Positions 1-13,400 of a stretch of DNA of 64,000 nucleotides are shown in pieces. The stretch's first letter is position 1; each line of letters begins with the position of its first letter. Source of the DNA: Catajapyx aquilonaris (lineage: Eukaryota); assembly GCA_000934665.2 (NCBI GenBank), contig JYFJ02000353.1:1-64000 (forward strand), in the 5' to 3' direction. A program made the translations under genes and the position numbers. The notes beneath the pieces are model-generated. The model saw nothing but the letters and a program-made list of their open reading frames with translations, had not been told where the DNA came from and searched no databases.

Positions 1-183
1 AATATGAAATGTGTCCGTTTTGCTCAATAATGCGATTATTTTTTAACATTTTTATTTTACAATCTAGGTTAAACCAGTTGCCACCAAAATGTTCCTCACC
101 TCACGACAGTTCATTTGATATCATTTATATGAACATTAAACTAACTTGTGATACGTTCTTGACCAATTTAGTTGGCATTACAA

Positions 184-428
184 GTTGGGTGCAATACTGC
201 CCTAAGCCATTTTTTCACACGCGGCCACCTTATGTTGTTCATTCTTAGAGTGGGTGGTGCATCATCATCATCATAACAGCACGTAAATGTTCCTTATTAG
301 TGCCTTGTGTATTGGGGTAGAAATGAAAATTATCCCATGGAAAATGTGATTTATGGGTCATCTAAAACTTTCAAATGCGTTTTTCTCGAAATCAGGTTTG
401 GGAGGGTTAGGGCAGTATTGCACCGACC
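184..428. mobile_element. MITE-like element with terminal inverted repeats
   Basis: GGTGCAATACTGCCCTAA at ~188-205 and its reverse complement TTAGGGCAGTATTGCACC at ~407-424 enclose ~200 bp of non-coding DNA. TSD not resolved. Confidence 0.55.
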
Positions 429-1491
429 CCTTCAAATATTAACATGTAATAATATTATCATCGTAATGGAGCAGTGAAGCCTTTCAGCCAAATAGTAGTT
501 GTTATCCTAACATAATTGTCTTATAACAGTTGGCTGAATTTTTCTGCCTGCCTGTTACACCTGACCAATGTGCATAAGCCTGAGACTCTGGGTATTGATT
601 CTAAATTATTGCAAAATAAATTGGGCACCATGTTACGTGGACTTTTGTATTTTTTGGCCTTGAAATGTGGTTTTATTACATGCTTTCGTGATATTCTTTC
701 GTGTAACCAGCAGTAGTCTATAATGATTTTCAACAAATGGTAAATGATTACGCGTAATCACGAATAACAGTAATCAGGCATCTACTGGAACGATGTGCAC
801 TATAACTCTCGAATATTCCGCCTCGTCAGATTCATGTTATTGACTCGAGTAAATATGTGCTAATGAATGCAATTTTCAGGCACACTATCAGTACAAAACG
901 CACTTGGTTGTGAAATTTAAGGGTGCGACCATGTTCTGTTCAAGGTTGCTTTCATGGATGCATGCTCCCATGAAATAGTCTCCACTTCCCAATGCAAGCA
1001 GTCATCCATAGCCTATTGTATTGAAGATCACCATCTCAATCTGCCCTTATGTAATGTGAATATGTTTTTATTTACCCCTGATAGGCTATTGCCCTTAAAT
1101 TGGGTGTAATGTGCAATCACGTAATAGAAAAATAGTGCATTATTAGACCTTTTTAGTTATACACAGTATTACTTGGGGAGGTATTAAGTCTTGAAATTAT
1201 GTGTGCACAAGGTTATCTTTCAACACAACACGGACGTGTCATAATGATTCCTTTCCAACTCATAAGATAAGCTCTTCGATAGAAGGGCACCATTTTATGA
1301 TGCATTCGGCAGAGGAGATATTGATCTTCAAACAGAGGTGTAAGATATCCTGGCAGGTATGAGATAGATAGATAATGACAAAACACTATGTATTCATTGC
1401 AACTTGTGTATACGTGCATGAAATGCATGAAATTATATAGAGATCATTACATGGAAAAGGTGAAATTCTTGAATGTTAAAAAAATAACTAC

Positions 1492-1855
1492 CTATCCACG
1501 AAACTTCTTCCTCAGTGACCTTCATGCTGGCGTCCTCCCTGACCTGGGGCAAGCACATGCCCATAAATCCCAGGCCCACGCCCATTCCCAATGCTGACAT
1601 GTTGTAAGTGGCAACCGCCAGAATTTGCATCCATACTGCTAGTGACGACGAGGGCGATGACTTTGAAGGTGCCGTCGGTACCGACGAATTCTTTTGATTT
1701 TTTATCTTGGGGGATTTTGATTTGGGTGTGTCCTTGGGGGATTTTGATTTAGGTGTGTCCTTGGGGGATTTTGATTTGGGTGGGTCCTTGGGGGATTTTG
1801 ATTTGGGTATGTCCTTGGCTTTGCCATTCATGCTGCTCTTCGGAGACGTCCCCAT
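1492..1855 (-). CDS. Sugar-porter (Tret1-like MFS) transporter paralog A, first coding exon only; the rest is presumably left of the window
   Basis: ATG at 1855, just inside an acceptor (TTTACAG|, exon starts 1865). Encodes an N-terminal tail plus TM1 (WMQILAVATYNMSALGMGVGLGFMGMCLPQVR...SWI) homologous to paralogs B-E. Phase-1 donor G|GTAGTT at 1492/1491, the same position as in the paralogs. No second exon seen in 1-1491. Confidence 0.8.
1706..1818 (-). repeat. Coding 27-bp tandem repeat (4 copies) encoding D(T/P/I)PKSKSPK
   Basis: Plus-strand unit cttgggggattttgatttgggtgtgtc repeated four times with few substitutions. Confidence 0.9.
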
Positions 1856-4800
1856 CTTGTTTCAGCTGTAAAGTACGGAAGGGATACTTAACTGACAATA
1901 TAAATCTGGAAAATTAGGGTCCGTATATTGTACGACCAACTATTGATGTGATGTAACTGGCTTCAGTTGGAAAATATATATTAAGGTTACGTAAAATTAT
2001 TGTTTTGACCAATAATACAGTATAATTATTATGTTCACATGTTTTGTCATTCTAATAAAGTAGATCGGCGAGTTTCTCTGCATCCATTAGGTTACATTTT
2101 AGAGACTCTTAGGCATAACTCTGAAATATTAATGGTGCTATTATTTGATTGCCTAAAGTTATTTTTAAAGACAGTGACAGATGCACTATAGGCTAGCTCC
2201 TGAATGTTTACGACTACTACATGAACTGCAATTTACCTTTGGTAAAATATCACACATGAAAGCAATAGGAAGGGAATTACTTGACGCAATACCTTGGCTA
2301 CAAGACAGTAGTCTATATTAAATATTCTCAAAATGATGATACACTGCATTGAAGAGAACATAAGCTAAACTCGACACATAAGCACACGGCCAATGATCAT
2401 GATTAAGATAGTCCCTAAAGGGCAAGTAGAATATTTTAAGAGTTTTCCAAAAGGTTAAATAATGTGACACATGATGAATAAGTGTCAGAACTTTTGTAAT
2501 ATACCGTCATAATTATTATTGTTGCGTGAGAGTGCATTTATTTTACAAGCAAAATGTTATCATTTGATAAAATCTGAGGGAATGCTGAGGGGTATCGTGC
2601 GATAGTATATTTTAGTGGCTTTTAAAGTAGGCTACTATTGTTCCTTCTTAACATAGCTTGCGCAGTTGTTGCGTGGCAAAAACACAATTTATCACAAGAG
2701 AAGAAAATGTCTTTCTTAAAACACATTGAAACATTGAAATACAGAAAAAGACTCATCACGTGTAAATACGACCGTAACTAGCGTAGAAACCGCTAACCAG
2801 TACTTTAAATGCACATTGGGACGTAATATTTGCTTATCGTTGAAAACATTACGTGTTCAAGGTTATAAGGTGATAATTAATGTTAACTTCATGAGCTTAC
2901 GCAATGTAGCATCTCGATCGTCCCTTGGTTTAGAGAAAGTTACTATTCCTTTAGCCATAAATATTTTTTGCCCTTCCACTTACTTCTTCTGGCAACCTTT
3001 CAGCCAACCTGTCAAGGTTGCGAAATGCAACTTCTCCTAGTCTGCCGAAGCCGTAGCTAAAAGCCGAAAAGAACTGGCATCAGTACAGTACAGTACAGTC
3101 TATGTTCAAAGAACCAGAAGAGTGTGACACTCACGCAATAGCCAGCCTTATCTCTCCCACCGATTTGTGGTTCGGCACCGGTCATGTGCTTGTTCCTGCC
3201 ACGTACTCTAGCTGCTGGAGCACTTGCTATCATAGATAGAAGATAATACAACCTCCGAGTTGGCAGGGGTAACCACGTCTACGTCTGGGGGGATGAGGAC
3301 TGGGCAGGCTCTCTCTAGAGCTAGAGAGAAAAAAAATGGCTGGGACGTACTCGGAGACCTTGAGCTGATTCGTACCAAGGCCAGCCGTTACGAGGTTCAT
3401 GGATGCTAAGCACTCACCGTCAAATCTGTCTCTAGATATACTCACTATTGTGTGTAGATAATGATGTACAATATATTGGATGTCACAGTTTTGCCTGATA
3501 TTATGCATGGTGTGTACAAATTGTGATATGCATGTTGCAGTGCAAAAAAAAAAAACATTAATTGCCGTGTTATTAAGTGAATGTTTCCGGAAAGAAATTA
3601 CGTCTACATTTGTTGTTACTGTATTAATATTAATGTTTAGCTGGAACATGGAGTGCAGGTATTGTGGCGAGGTAGGGAAAATGGGCGAAACTATTAATGT
3701 CTACCTGGTGTATTATTGTATAACACGCAACAAACGTCTAAAAAAAACCATATAAACATTTTTGTCACGTCAACAACTGAGGGTCGTTTTGTACGTTTGG
3801 GCTCATTATTGGCCATCACGGAACTAGAGCACTCACAGTTTCTTGTGGTGCATAATGATTACCATTCATTTCAAATGGGATAGATAGTGCTCCGATGGTT
3901 TTTTCATGATTTAAAAATGGATAAAAATGTTGGACTTGGACCAAGGCGGTCTAATCTAATCCGGAAGGTTCTGAGTTCATATCGTAATGCTGACTCTCAT
4001 AATCCCATATCTATGCGGTGAATTCTTGTTTCCCCAGTTAAATTATGGGAATGTTTTTCTCTCCCATTTTCCTCTTTAAGTGCTAACTAAAGGAAGATTA
4101 AACGAACGTAGAAAAAAACTCACTGAAACCGGCCCGGTTCTCTGTATGTTTGGTATGTAGCGCTTCAGTGTCTTGAATGTAGAGAATGGCGAGATGCGAA
4201 AGACAATGATGAATAATTTGCGCCACCTGCACATAATACTGCATGACTGTTGTACAAGTATATGGCGAGCCGTTAATGGGTCACTTTCTGTTATTTTAGC
4301 ACTATATCTCAAACTTCCGTGAGAGAGCATTCACATCTATGCAATCCGTCCAGATATACGTAAATCTTCACCCATTTGGGACCACTGCGCAAAGCCATAA
4401 AGAGATGAAGTGGACCGTGTAGTGTTTCTCATGGTTTGCAACCTGACATCAGGATAACTGCACATGATTTCTTAATACTGTACGGTACTGCTGAATGTTC
4501 TAAGTCTTGAGATTTTTTTAAAAAAAATCACAAATGACGTCTAGGCCATGATAGGCCTACTATAATGCATGAGAAGAATGACCGGCTGGAAATTACGCTG
4601 CTTAGGTTGGGGTCAGTTCTTCTATCGCATCGGGGCTTAATCAGCTTCCTTAATGTGTACTTTCCTTAATTACTTAGGTCTTAGTGCTTAAATATTTATA
4701 GATAGCATTACTAAGAGTGTTAAGGTCAGTCATATAGGAAAAATATGTATACTGAATTGCTTGAACGGGTATTAAATAAACATTACTGACTTAAATTAGG

Positions 4801-5222
4801 GAAGTACTTGGGGATGTTACTAGCAGATATTGAAGTTCAGTGCTTTTATCTGTTCAGAAATACGCCATAACTGCACAAATTGTAACGCATGCAAATACTT
4901 ATCTGACCTCTACGTGTCGAAAAGGCGTCAGTGTAGCGCATTACCATATGGTATTACAGTTTTAAAGGTTATTTATAGTGCTGTACGTATGAGCCTTGTG
5001 GCACTGCTAAAGTAAATGGTTCTGTCACGTCTGGAATATGTACTGATCCTATGCTTTCATTTGCACACACATTACGAGGTTCTGATGGTGAAACATTATG
5101 GGAAATAAAGAAGAAAATAGTTGGAAATCCTAAGACAATGATATGAAATGTGAGCGTCAGGTGACTCCACACCGTGACAGTACCGACAATGATGCGAAAT
5201 GTGAAATATCCCTTAAGAGGTG

Positions 5223-5333
5223 TATAAAAGGAGGACCGAAATGAACGAATGGCACACTTTCAAAAGGGACAGCAGCAGCAAGTTTAACCGTTTAATCCAC
5301 CAAAATACTTCTCTGCCACATCAAGTGCCTCCT
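5223..5333 (+). promoter_or_regulatory. TATA box and probable non-coding first exon of the His-rich secreted protein gene
   Basis: TATAAAAG at 5223-5230, donor CCT|GTAAGT at 5333/5334, and acceptor TTCAG| at 5438, 26 nt before the ATG. Confidence 0.55.
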
Positions 5334-5464
5334 GTAAGTATATCTTCCATGACATACTATATAGCACCTGGCCATGTTGTTAAATTCCTAGTGGCGTTGT
5401 CGACTGATTGGCAATTTGCATTGGGTGAATGGATTCAGAGGATAGGCTAGGAAAGGAGGCTTCG

Positions 5465-6492
5465 ATGATGACGGTGTACGTGCTGGTAATGTTGGCGATG
5501 TTTCTGACTCTGATGTCTGCTGATGCTGGTAGACACGGTGCCAAGGGTGTCCTGGGTAAGAAACCTCCCGGAGAGGATGGTGATTTGCGACGTGTGCTGG
5601 GAATCATCCGCGCTGGTGCTAGGAAAAAGGATGGTCGGCGGTTGGATCCTCATGAAATCCTGAAAAAAATCCGTGGGAATTCCAGAGGCCACGAAGAAGT
5701 ACTAAGCATGCTCCTGGGCCTGCTGGGGTCCGGCGGCCACGATTCCAAAGAAACAGGTACCACTGCACTAACTTTACTTTTTATGCGCTAAGTATAGTGG
5801 GTTTGGCACGACTTATAACTAAGTTATAACACTGTAGATTTATTGGCGTTTGCATAAGGATTAGACGCTAATGAACACTAAGGTGCTGTGTCTGTCATTC
5901 CTATACGGCAATGTATGCGAAGAGTACCTGCATACGTCATTTTGATAAATTAATTAATTCAGGCAAAGTACTGCCAGAAACAATCTTTCTGTTTGCACAG
6001 GTAAGATGCTCTCCGCTGGGAAATTATAACATTAGATTTAAATATTTCTGATATGAATTGTTGTGCTGACATTGTGATTTATTTTGCAATAATTCCTCAT
6101 AATTAGTGATCATACTTAATTTGGTTTCAGAAATGATACATTATCTACTGGAAATTTTGAAACAATTTATGCAACATCACCAGGGCAGTGAAGTGCATCA
6201 TGATGATCATCATGACCATCACGATGGAGGTGGTGGTGACGAACACCATCATGAGGGTGGTGGTGATGATGGTCACCATCAAGATGATGATGGTGATCAT
6301 CATCATCACCATGAAGTTGTTAGTGATGATCATCATCATGAGGGTGGGGGTGGTGATGGTGGTGATGGTGGTAGTGATGGTGGTAGTGATGGTGGTGATG
6401 ACCAGGGCAGAATAAAAAAGACACCAAAATTCACCAAGAGGACACACCGAAAATCAACTCCAACTGTAAAGCGACATAAGCGCACTTTATAA
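5465..6492 (+). CDS. Secreted His/Asp/Gly-rich protein of unknown family, ~217 aa (coding exons 5465-5756, 6131-6492)
   Basis: Hydrophobic signal peptide MMTVYVLVMLAMFLTLMSADA. Phase-1 donor ACAG|GTACC at 5756 joins acceptor TTTCAG|AA at 6131 in frame (G+AA = Glu). Exon 2 encodes the HHDDHHDHHDGGGGDEHHHE... tract and a basic tail, then TAA. Confidence 0.75.
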
Positions 6493-7690
6493 GCACAAAA
6501 CTTATTATGTACAGTATAACACCTTGGAGCAGGAGGACGTTGGATATGACAGAACTCGTTTTAATCATGAGCATGTGCAAGTACAGTATTTCAATTAGTA
6601 AGTAACGTAATTTATTTATACATCTGTAATTTATAATTTTTATAATTTATAATAATTGTATAATAATTTATGATTATCTTTGAAATTTTTTGCAACTGAT
6701 ACTTAGGCTATCGTGTTACTTGCATACCAGTCAGATTATTATTGCAAAGCTGACTACGTTATGTAGTGTGCTGTATATAAAATGAATGAATGCAGGCTCC
6801 TCCATCCCCCGTTTGTGGCATGCAGATAAGGGATAACATATTAACAAATCAGTTTGGCAATTTTAACGAACTGTGCAGCTATAACAAGCTGTCAAGACAC
6901 TGCCAATAATATTGTGTAAATGCCTTTTTGTGTCAATGTTATCACAAAATCTTGTAACCAATATTTGAAAAATTCTGAGTAATATAATGTGTTGGTTTGC
7001 AAAAAATGTCGAGTTTTTATTGGTGAGATAGATGAGGACATCGATTTTTAGAAAAGGTATAATCTCGAAAGACTATTCTCCAACATCTACTTTTTTCAGG
7101 CTTAAGTGCATCAGACGATAACTCACACAGCGCCATCGGAAGCAAATACAATTATTATTGATAAAGTTTAAACTATATCCTACCAGTAAGGCATAACTTT
7201 ATTGCACTTATCAGTTTTGAGGTATTTTACCACCAGCACATTAACGAGTACAAATGCAAATATCATATAACGACATGCCAATATCATGATGATCAAGTTT
7301 GATAATTCGATTGTGATTGTTTCGGAGTTGTCCAGAATTTGATTTATGACAGTCATAATAGTATGGCAAATGGGACATGTATTTGGTAGAATTAGCTCAT
7401 GATTTATTTGACTTGCCATGTGATCATAAATGAAAAAGATAATTGCAAACAAAAATTACCGGTATATCAGAAAATTGGACATTGCGGAGGTGTTAGCTTG
7501 TTTTTGTTTGCGCAATAATTTTATGCTGGTAGAATCAGCCTTTCTACTATCCTGACACAGAATAACACAGTATGACGCACCTAACAGCTTGACATTAAAG
7601 GGATAAATAAACAAGCTAAACGTGCGGTGCGATTACTGTGAAGGCCAGATCCCATGCTATCACTGCAGTTGCTAGGGAGCAAAACTGCCT

Positions 7691-9842
7691 TTACTTCTTG
7701 GACATCTCGTCTTCAATTTGGTCCAAAGTCTTGCCCTTGGTGTCAGGGATGCAAGGAAGTGCAAGAAACGTTCCAAAGGCCGCCACAAGTCCCATAAGTA
7801 AAAAGGTGCCATCAGATCCTATACCAGATAAGAGAGTTGGAAACGACACCTCAGCCACAAAGCTAAACGCCTCGTTTGCCACTCCAAGAGCTGCGCTGAG
7901 TGCTCCTCTAAAACGCAGTGGGAACACCTCTCCACCTGTAAAATAAGTGTAATGAGTGATACGCATCTGGATGAATTGAAAGCATTTCATACCCAAAACT
8001 CTGAGAGCTACGCTAAGTCCAGGAATGCACGCGGAGAGGTAAATCCAAACAGCGGCCACTGGAATCCAGGTGATGGTAGGCGCCCAGTAAATACCAGCTG
8101 CAGCCATCAGAAGAGAGGAGGACATGATGGCTCCAGAGACGCCAAGCAGGAGCCTCTGGCGCTGCATCCGGGCGACAAGAGGGCCTGGAAGTGCCAGGAG
8201 AAGCTGGAGGGCGCCTGTCAGAAGGGAGATGGTGTAGGCATCCCCAGGGAGACCCAGGGAGGTGAACAGATCAGAGGCGTAGGACACCACCACTACCGAT
8301 CCTGACAGCCTGTAGGCTGCCGTCGGAAGGAGGAGGATCAGGAGAGGACCAAGTGCTCGAGCGGACAAGAAGTCTTTCCATGATGCGGATGAACGTGGGC
8401 GATGTTGGTTCCGTGATGTCATGGATGCCACTGCTTCTTCCGCGCCCTGCCGACGAGTAAACCATAAAAGTTATGCAATAATAAACAGCTTTTAAACACT
8501 AATATATAACTGGCAGCAGAATAAAGCTGACTTGACCATCCCCCGAAGTAGTCAATTACACCAGCCGTATCTCAATGGACAGTTATTATATGGGTATTAT
8601 TGGCAAACAGCTGGTCAAAGGAAACCAACCTCATGAGTTCTTTGGAACCAGGTCTGTGCCTGAATAGCTTGAGGAATTTTTCCTCGCGAAGCCAGATGTG
8701 TGGGGCTGTCTGGAAGTGTCCACATGAGAGCAGAAAATATTAGGAGCGTGAGCACACCCACGGCGCAGACACCTCTCCATGGGAGGATGTATCCAAGCAC
8801 ATAAACCACCAAAATACCCAGTCGGTATGCCAGGATATCCACGGAGCTGAAGAAGCCTCTCAAGTGTACCGGCGCAACCTCGCATGTGTAAATCTGCAAA
8901 GTGCACGCAATGTAACGAATTGCACCATTTTTGAATAATTATATAGTAATAATGGAGATACAGTATTAGGAAAGTGGCTGTACCTGCCTGGGCCCTGTGT
9001 CTGCTCCCATGCCTATACCCATTAGGAACCTAGCTCCGAAGATGAAGTTGACATCCAATGAGAGTGCAGCCAATGCCCATCCCAGGAGAGCCACTACTCC
9101 GGAGACATAAATGACTGGCTTGCGACCCATCCTGTCAGTCAGCATCATTGCTATAAAACCTCCCAGCAGGGACCCAGCTTGAGGAAGTCCGACTGTGAGT
9201 TAAAGACAGTGTCAGAGATACGATGACCTGGCAATTAAGACGCTGCGTCAGCTGTCAGTTAAAGACAGGCATTATATGGTTGTATGAAGAGGGATAAGAA
9301 GTGAAGTGTTCCTACTTACCAATCCAGGCATCGTCGCTTATAGTAGACTGAATGTTCTTGTCGTGGCGTAGCTGGGCCAGGCACACTCCAGTGAAGCCTC
9401 CAGCATAACCGGCCATAAATGCCTCTATGTTTGTGACCGTGTTGACCCATACCTGTGCATACACAAACACTGAACGAGGCAGTAAATTACAGAGAAGGCA
9501 AACTGCAAAGATAGGACACTTTTTGTCTGCTTGGTACTGATTCAGTAGGCAAGCCAACGTGTGGTGCTGTACCAGGCACTGACTGATTCACTTGCCGCTC
9601 GAGTACACCATGCCTGGGACCTACAACAAAACATGCCTCTTGATGCAAGCCATCACCCGTGCAATTTATTACTAATGGTACACTCCCTTTTTAACTGTGA
9701 CTGTCGACAAGTATTGAATTGGAAACATCTGATGACGTACCTGAGGCCAGAAGGGAATGGGTTGTGTTGTAATGGTGTCTTGACTTTCATTGGTGACGGA
9801 TCTTTTGCGCCTTCCTAGGAGAGGCTGTGTTGGGCTATCCAT
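7691..9842 (-). CDS. Sugar-porter (Tret1/GLUT8-like MFS) transporter paralog B, 468 aa
   Basis: Exons 9741-9842, 9320-9452, 8984-9192, 8630-8893, 7993-8446, 7691-7935. All introns GT-AG with compatible phases; total 1407 nt. Motifs DRMGRK, ARFLMG, E..P..LRG, PDSP, GEVFPLRFRG, PDTKGKTL. Confidence 0.9.
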
Positions 9843-10426
9843 TTTCAATGAATACTAAGCCAAACTATATAGATCAGCAGCCTTGGTTTGCCATAATCTA
9901 ACGTGATATTACAACATCGCTGATAATAAGCAGTGATGATGTTTCGTCTGCAATCAGTACCTCCCACGAAAATCATAGTCATGGTGTTTGGCATTGCCGA
10001 AGGTCACAAGTGTTGCTCTGCAGAGTACCACCAGCAGGAATTTTACACTGTATATAATCAATTTGGCAGAAAATGGTAGTGAATTTGGACATAGTAAACT
10101 CTATAGCCACATAATGGTTGGGTGATGAAATTGGAAGGGATATACGTACATTTTATCGTCATATGGCATGATGTGCAAGGAAAAAATAAATAGAGGAAAT
10201 CGTTATCGCTAAAATAAAACCACGGAATGATTCATGCTCGAAGTCACATGCGTTATATTTAAAAGAATGAGGACGTGTTGGTCTGCATTTTTTCACGTTT
10301 AAAGCAAACAATACAACTATTAAAGTTATTTTGATATTCCATGTCCGCTTTTAATTTATTTTTAAACATTTGCATTTTCATTGCATACTCGTCTGCTTTG
10401 GCACTTTGCTCGTACAGTACAGTTCA

Positions 10427-13400
10427 TTACACCTTTGTGGTTTGCAAAGTCATAGGTGATAATTCCTTGTCAGCATCATCATGACTTATTTTCAAAGGCA
10501 GTCGTTGGGTAGTAAAACTTTCCTCGATTTCCTCTAGTGTTTTGCCTGACGTCTCAGGCGTTAGAAGGTAACCTAATGTGGTACCTCCCACGGCGACTCC
10601 GGAGAAAAGGTAAAATGCTCCTGACGGTGTCAATTCCCGGAGAAGCAAAGGAAAAGTCTGTGCTGAGAGGAAAGTGATGAGGTAGGATGCGCAAGTAAAT
10701 GCGTTGGATAAAACCCCTCTCAGTTGCAAAGGAAACAATTCGCCTCCCAGGATACGCAATACCACACTGTATCCAGGTATGGCGAAGCAGAGGTAAAGCC
10801 ACACTCCCACAAACGGCAGCCAAGGGACGGGTCCACCCTTTTTTGGACTGAAAAAGTAACAAAATTATTACTCATTTGTTCATTTATTTGCATTTGTTCT
10901 GTTGATTGACCCTTTCTGACTCACCTAACATGTAAATAAACTGCTGTAAGTAGAAGCCCTGCTCCCATTCCCAATCCAGAGATTAGAAGCACTTTTCTGT
11001 TTCGTAAGTAGAATACTGTAACCGCTCCTAAAACGGAAAGCAGCAGCTGAAATAGCCCAGTTAGTATCGTGGCCAGATATCGGTCTATAACGTCCTGGTT
11101 TCCAAAGGCCGGAAAGAGGTCTATTGCAAACGTGGTGATACCAATGGCACCAGAGAATCTGGCCGTGAAAGTCAGCAGGAACAGTATGGCAAATGGCTTA
11201 AAAGCACGGAGCGTCATGAAGTCTTTTGGTGTGAGTGACTGTCTTGTCTTTTTCGATTGGCGATTCACACTGCAACGTACGGATTCCAGCTCGGCTTGGA
11301 CACATCCATGACGCACTTTTTGTAAGGATTTTTCTGCCTCTATGATTCGATCGTGATGGATCAGATATCGCGGGCTTTCTGGCAGGTAAAACTTGACCCC
11401 AGTGGCAAAGGCTAGAGATACGGCACAACCCACCGCGCACACAACCCTCCAGTGAAATATGATTCCCAGCACGTACACCGCAAAAAGGCCGAGTTGAAAT
11501 CCGAAGAGGTTGATTGAAGAGAGAAGACCCCGTAGATGCACTTGAGCCAACTCTGCCACTAATACCTGAAAGTAACGAGTATCGCTCAAGAGCATGTCAG
11601 AAATGTTGAGTACCAACATTACCTGCCTGGTTCCAGTGGACGCACCCATTCCCATGCCCATAAGGAATCTGCTACAGAGCAGAAGTTGTACATGGAAAGA
11701 AAGAGCTGACCCCAACCATCCGAGGATTGAGAAGACAGCCGACAGCATGAGGGACCCTTTCCGTGCTATGCGTTCAGCAAGTGGAGCCATTATTAGACCT
11801 CCGGTAAGGCCTCCCAGAGCGGCAAGGCTGGCTACAGAGGAATTAAGATTGGGCTGAGTACAACTTTATCACCATGTAAACACAACACGGTCTTACCCAT
11901 TAAGGAAGATTCGCTTTCGGAGATGTGCAAGTCCTGGTCCTGTCGCAGTTGAGGGAGGCAAATCCCGGTGAATCCCATGCACATGCCAGTTGATATTGTG
12001 TCCAAATTTAGTACTAAATTAGCGCGAATCTTCGCCGGATTATGCAAAACAAGATGAATGCGATTAGTACTGATGATGCACCTTTTCTCATGTTTTTAAC
12101 AATACTCATTTTTGTCTCCGGAGCTGTTTCTGTTTGATTTTTTTTAAAATAGTGCCTGTCAGCAATGTAGACCTAGTGTGTATTTTCTGGCTGATAACAG
12201 ACAGATGCCATATGGTGTAATCTCTGTGTACAGGGACACTAGCGCTCGGTGGTTTATAATGGAAGCACATGAATTTGCATTTATACACGTTATATTTACA
12301 GGTGTGGCATTTCATTGAGTTTGTTGTGCATTTTGCAGACTGTTTTAGACAAATTATTTTTAACTTAAGCGTTTTTCAATATTATTATTATTATGGTACT
12401 ATAGGAGTATATAAACCACGCAGGTTATAGTTGGTTTTAATGTCAAGTGGCTAATTTTTTCACATAACGCATGGTCGTAATAATTACATATCTCGTAAGC
12501 AAAATTTTAACTCTAGGCAGTATGCAGTGTTCATCTTACTATCGACAAAAATTGCAGAAGTGGTTAATAATGCATGGTTTGCTCTCTACTTGCTCCCCGA
12601 TTCACCTTCATTGTCTCAGAGTGCTTTGATCACAAACATGAGCTGTTACAGCAGACAATTGATTGCAGAATACGCTGTGCGAGAGGACTCAGTGGACACA
12701 AGACAAACAATCACCAGGGAATTATAAGCCTGAGCTAACAACAAATCAAATGACAAATAAGTTGTACACGTTAGCTACTCTAACTGAATGCCCCAAAAGA
12801 ATATGGCCTTGCTACCTTCCTTCCCTTGCCAATATAACAAAGGTACAACTTTAAAGTGCGATCTTACGTGTCTTTCAGCATCAGAATATTTTAACTGTGC
12901 ACAAATATATTATGTGTCATGATGGTCATTCCGGCAATATAAAAACTAGTTTTCAGCCTGTGGTTAAAATAGTTTTAAATTGGCCAATTTTTTATTGCAT
13001 TCCCACAATTTTTTCAGGGTGGGGTTGGGCCCTTGTTCTATCGGGGCATTAAGTTATCATTACATGGAGTATTTTAAAATTTCGACATTGCATTGTTGAA
13101 CTTACATTCGGGTAATGCTGTGTAACCAAACCAGCTAATTAATTCACTGAATCGTCACTTGGTATTGCAAATTTATTAACTCGCCTGCAACTCGTACTTC
13201 ACCGTAGAAATCCGATAATCATTTTTGAATTGATCTTTTTTTGTATACCGACGCCTTCTCACACGAAATAGTCAATTTGGTGTTATTCATCAATACCCCA
13301 AAAAGCATGGCATATTTACTATTAGATTTTTCAGTGAGGTAGATTCAACTATTCAGTCATGTAATCAGTCAAAATATAAAACTAGTGATATTACTGTGTA

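Noticed and set aside
6145..6447. Alternative-frame and antisense ORFs (poly-Met/Val/Ile/Thr) over the His-rich exon
   Set aside because: By-product of stop-free CAT/GAT/GGT triplet sequence. Only the His/Asp/Gly frame splices to a signal-peptide exon.
12106..12315. ORF ending KQLRRQK as first exon of transporter C
   Set aside because: No usable phase-0 GT donor before the stop. Exon 13734-13826 fits with a canonical donor and a W..Q ending like the paralogs.
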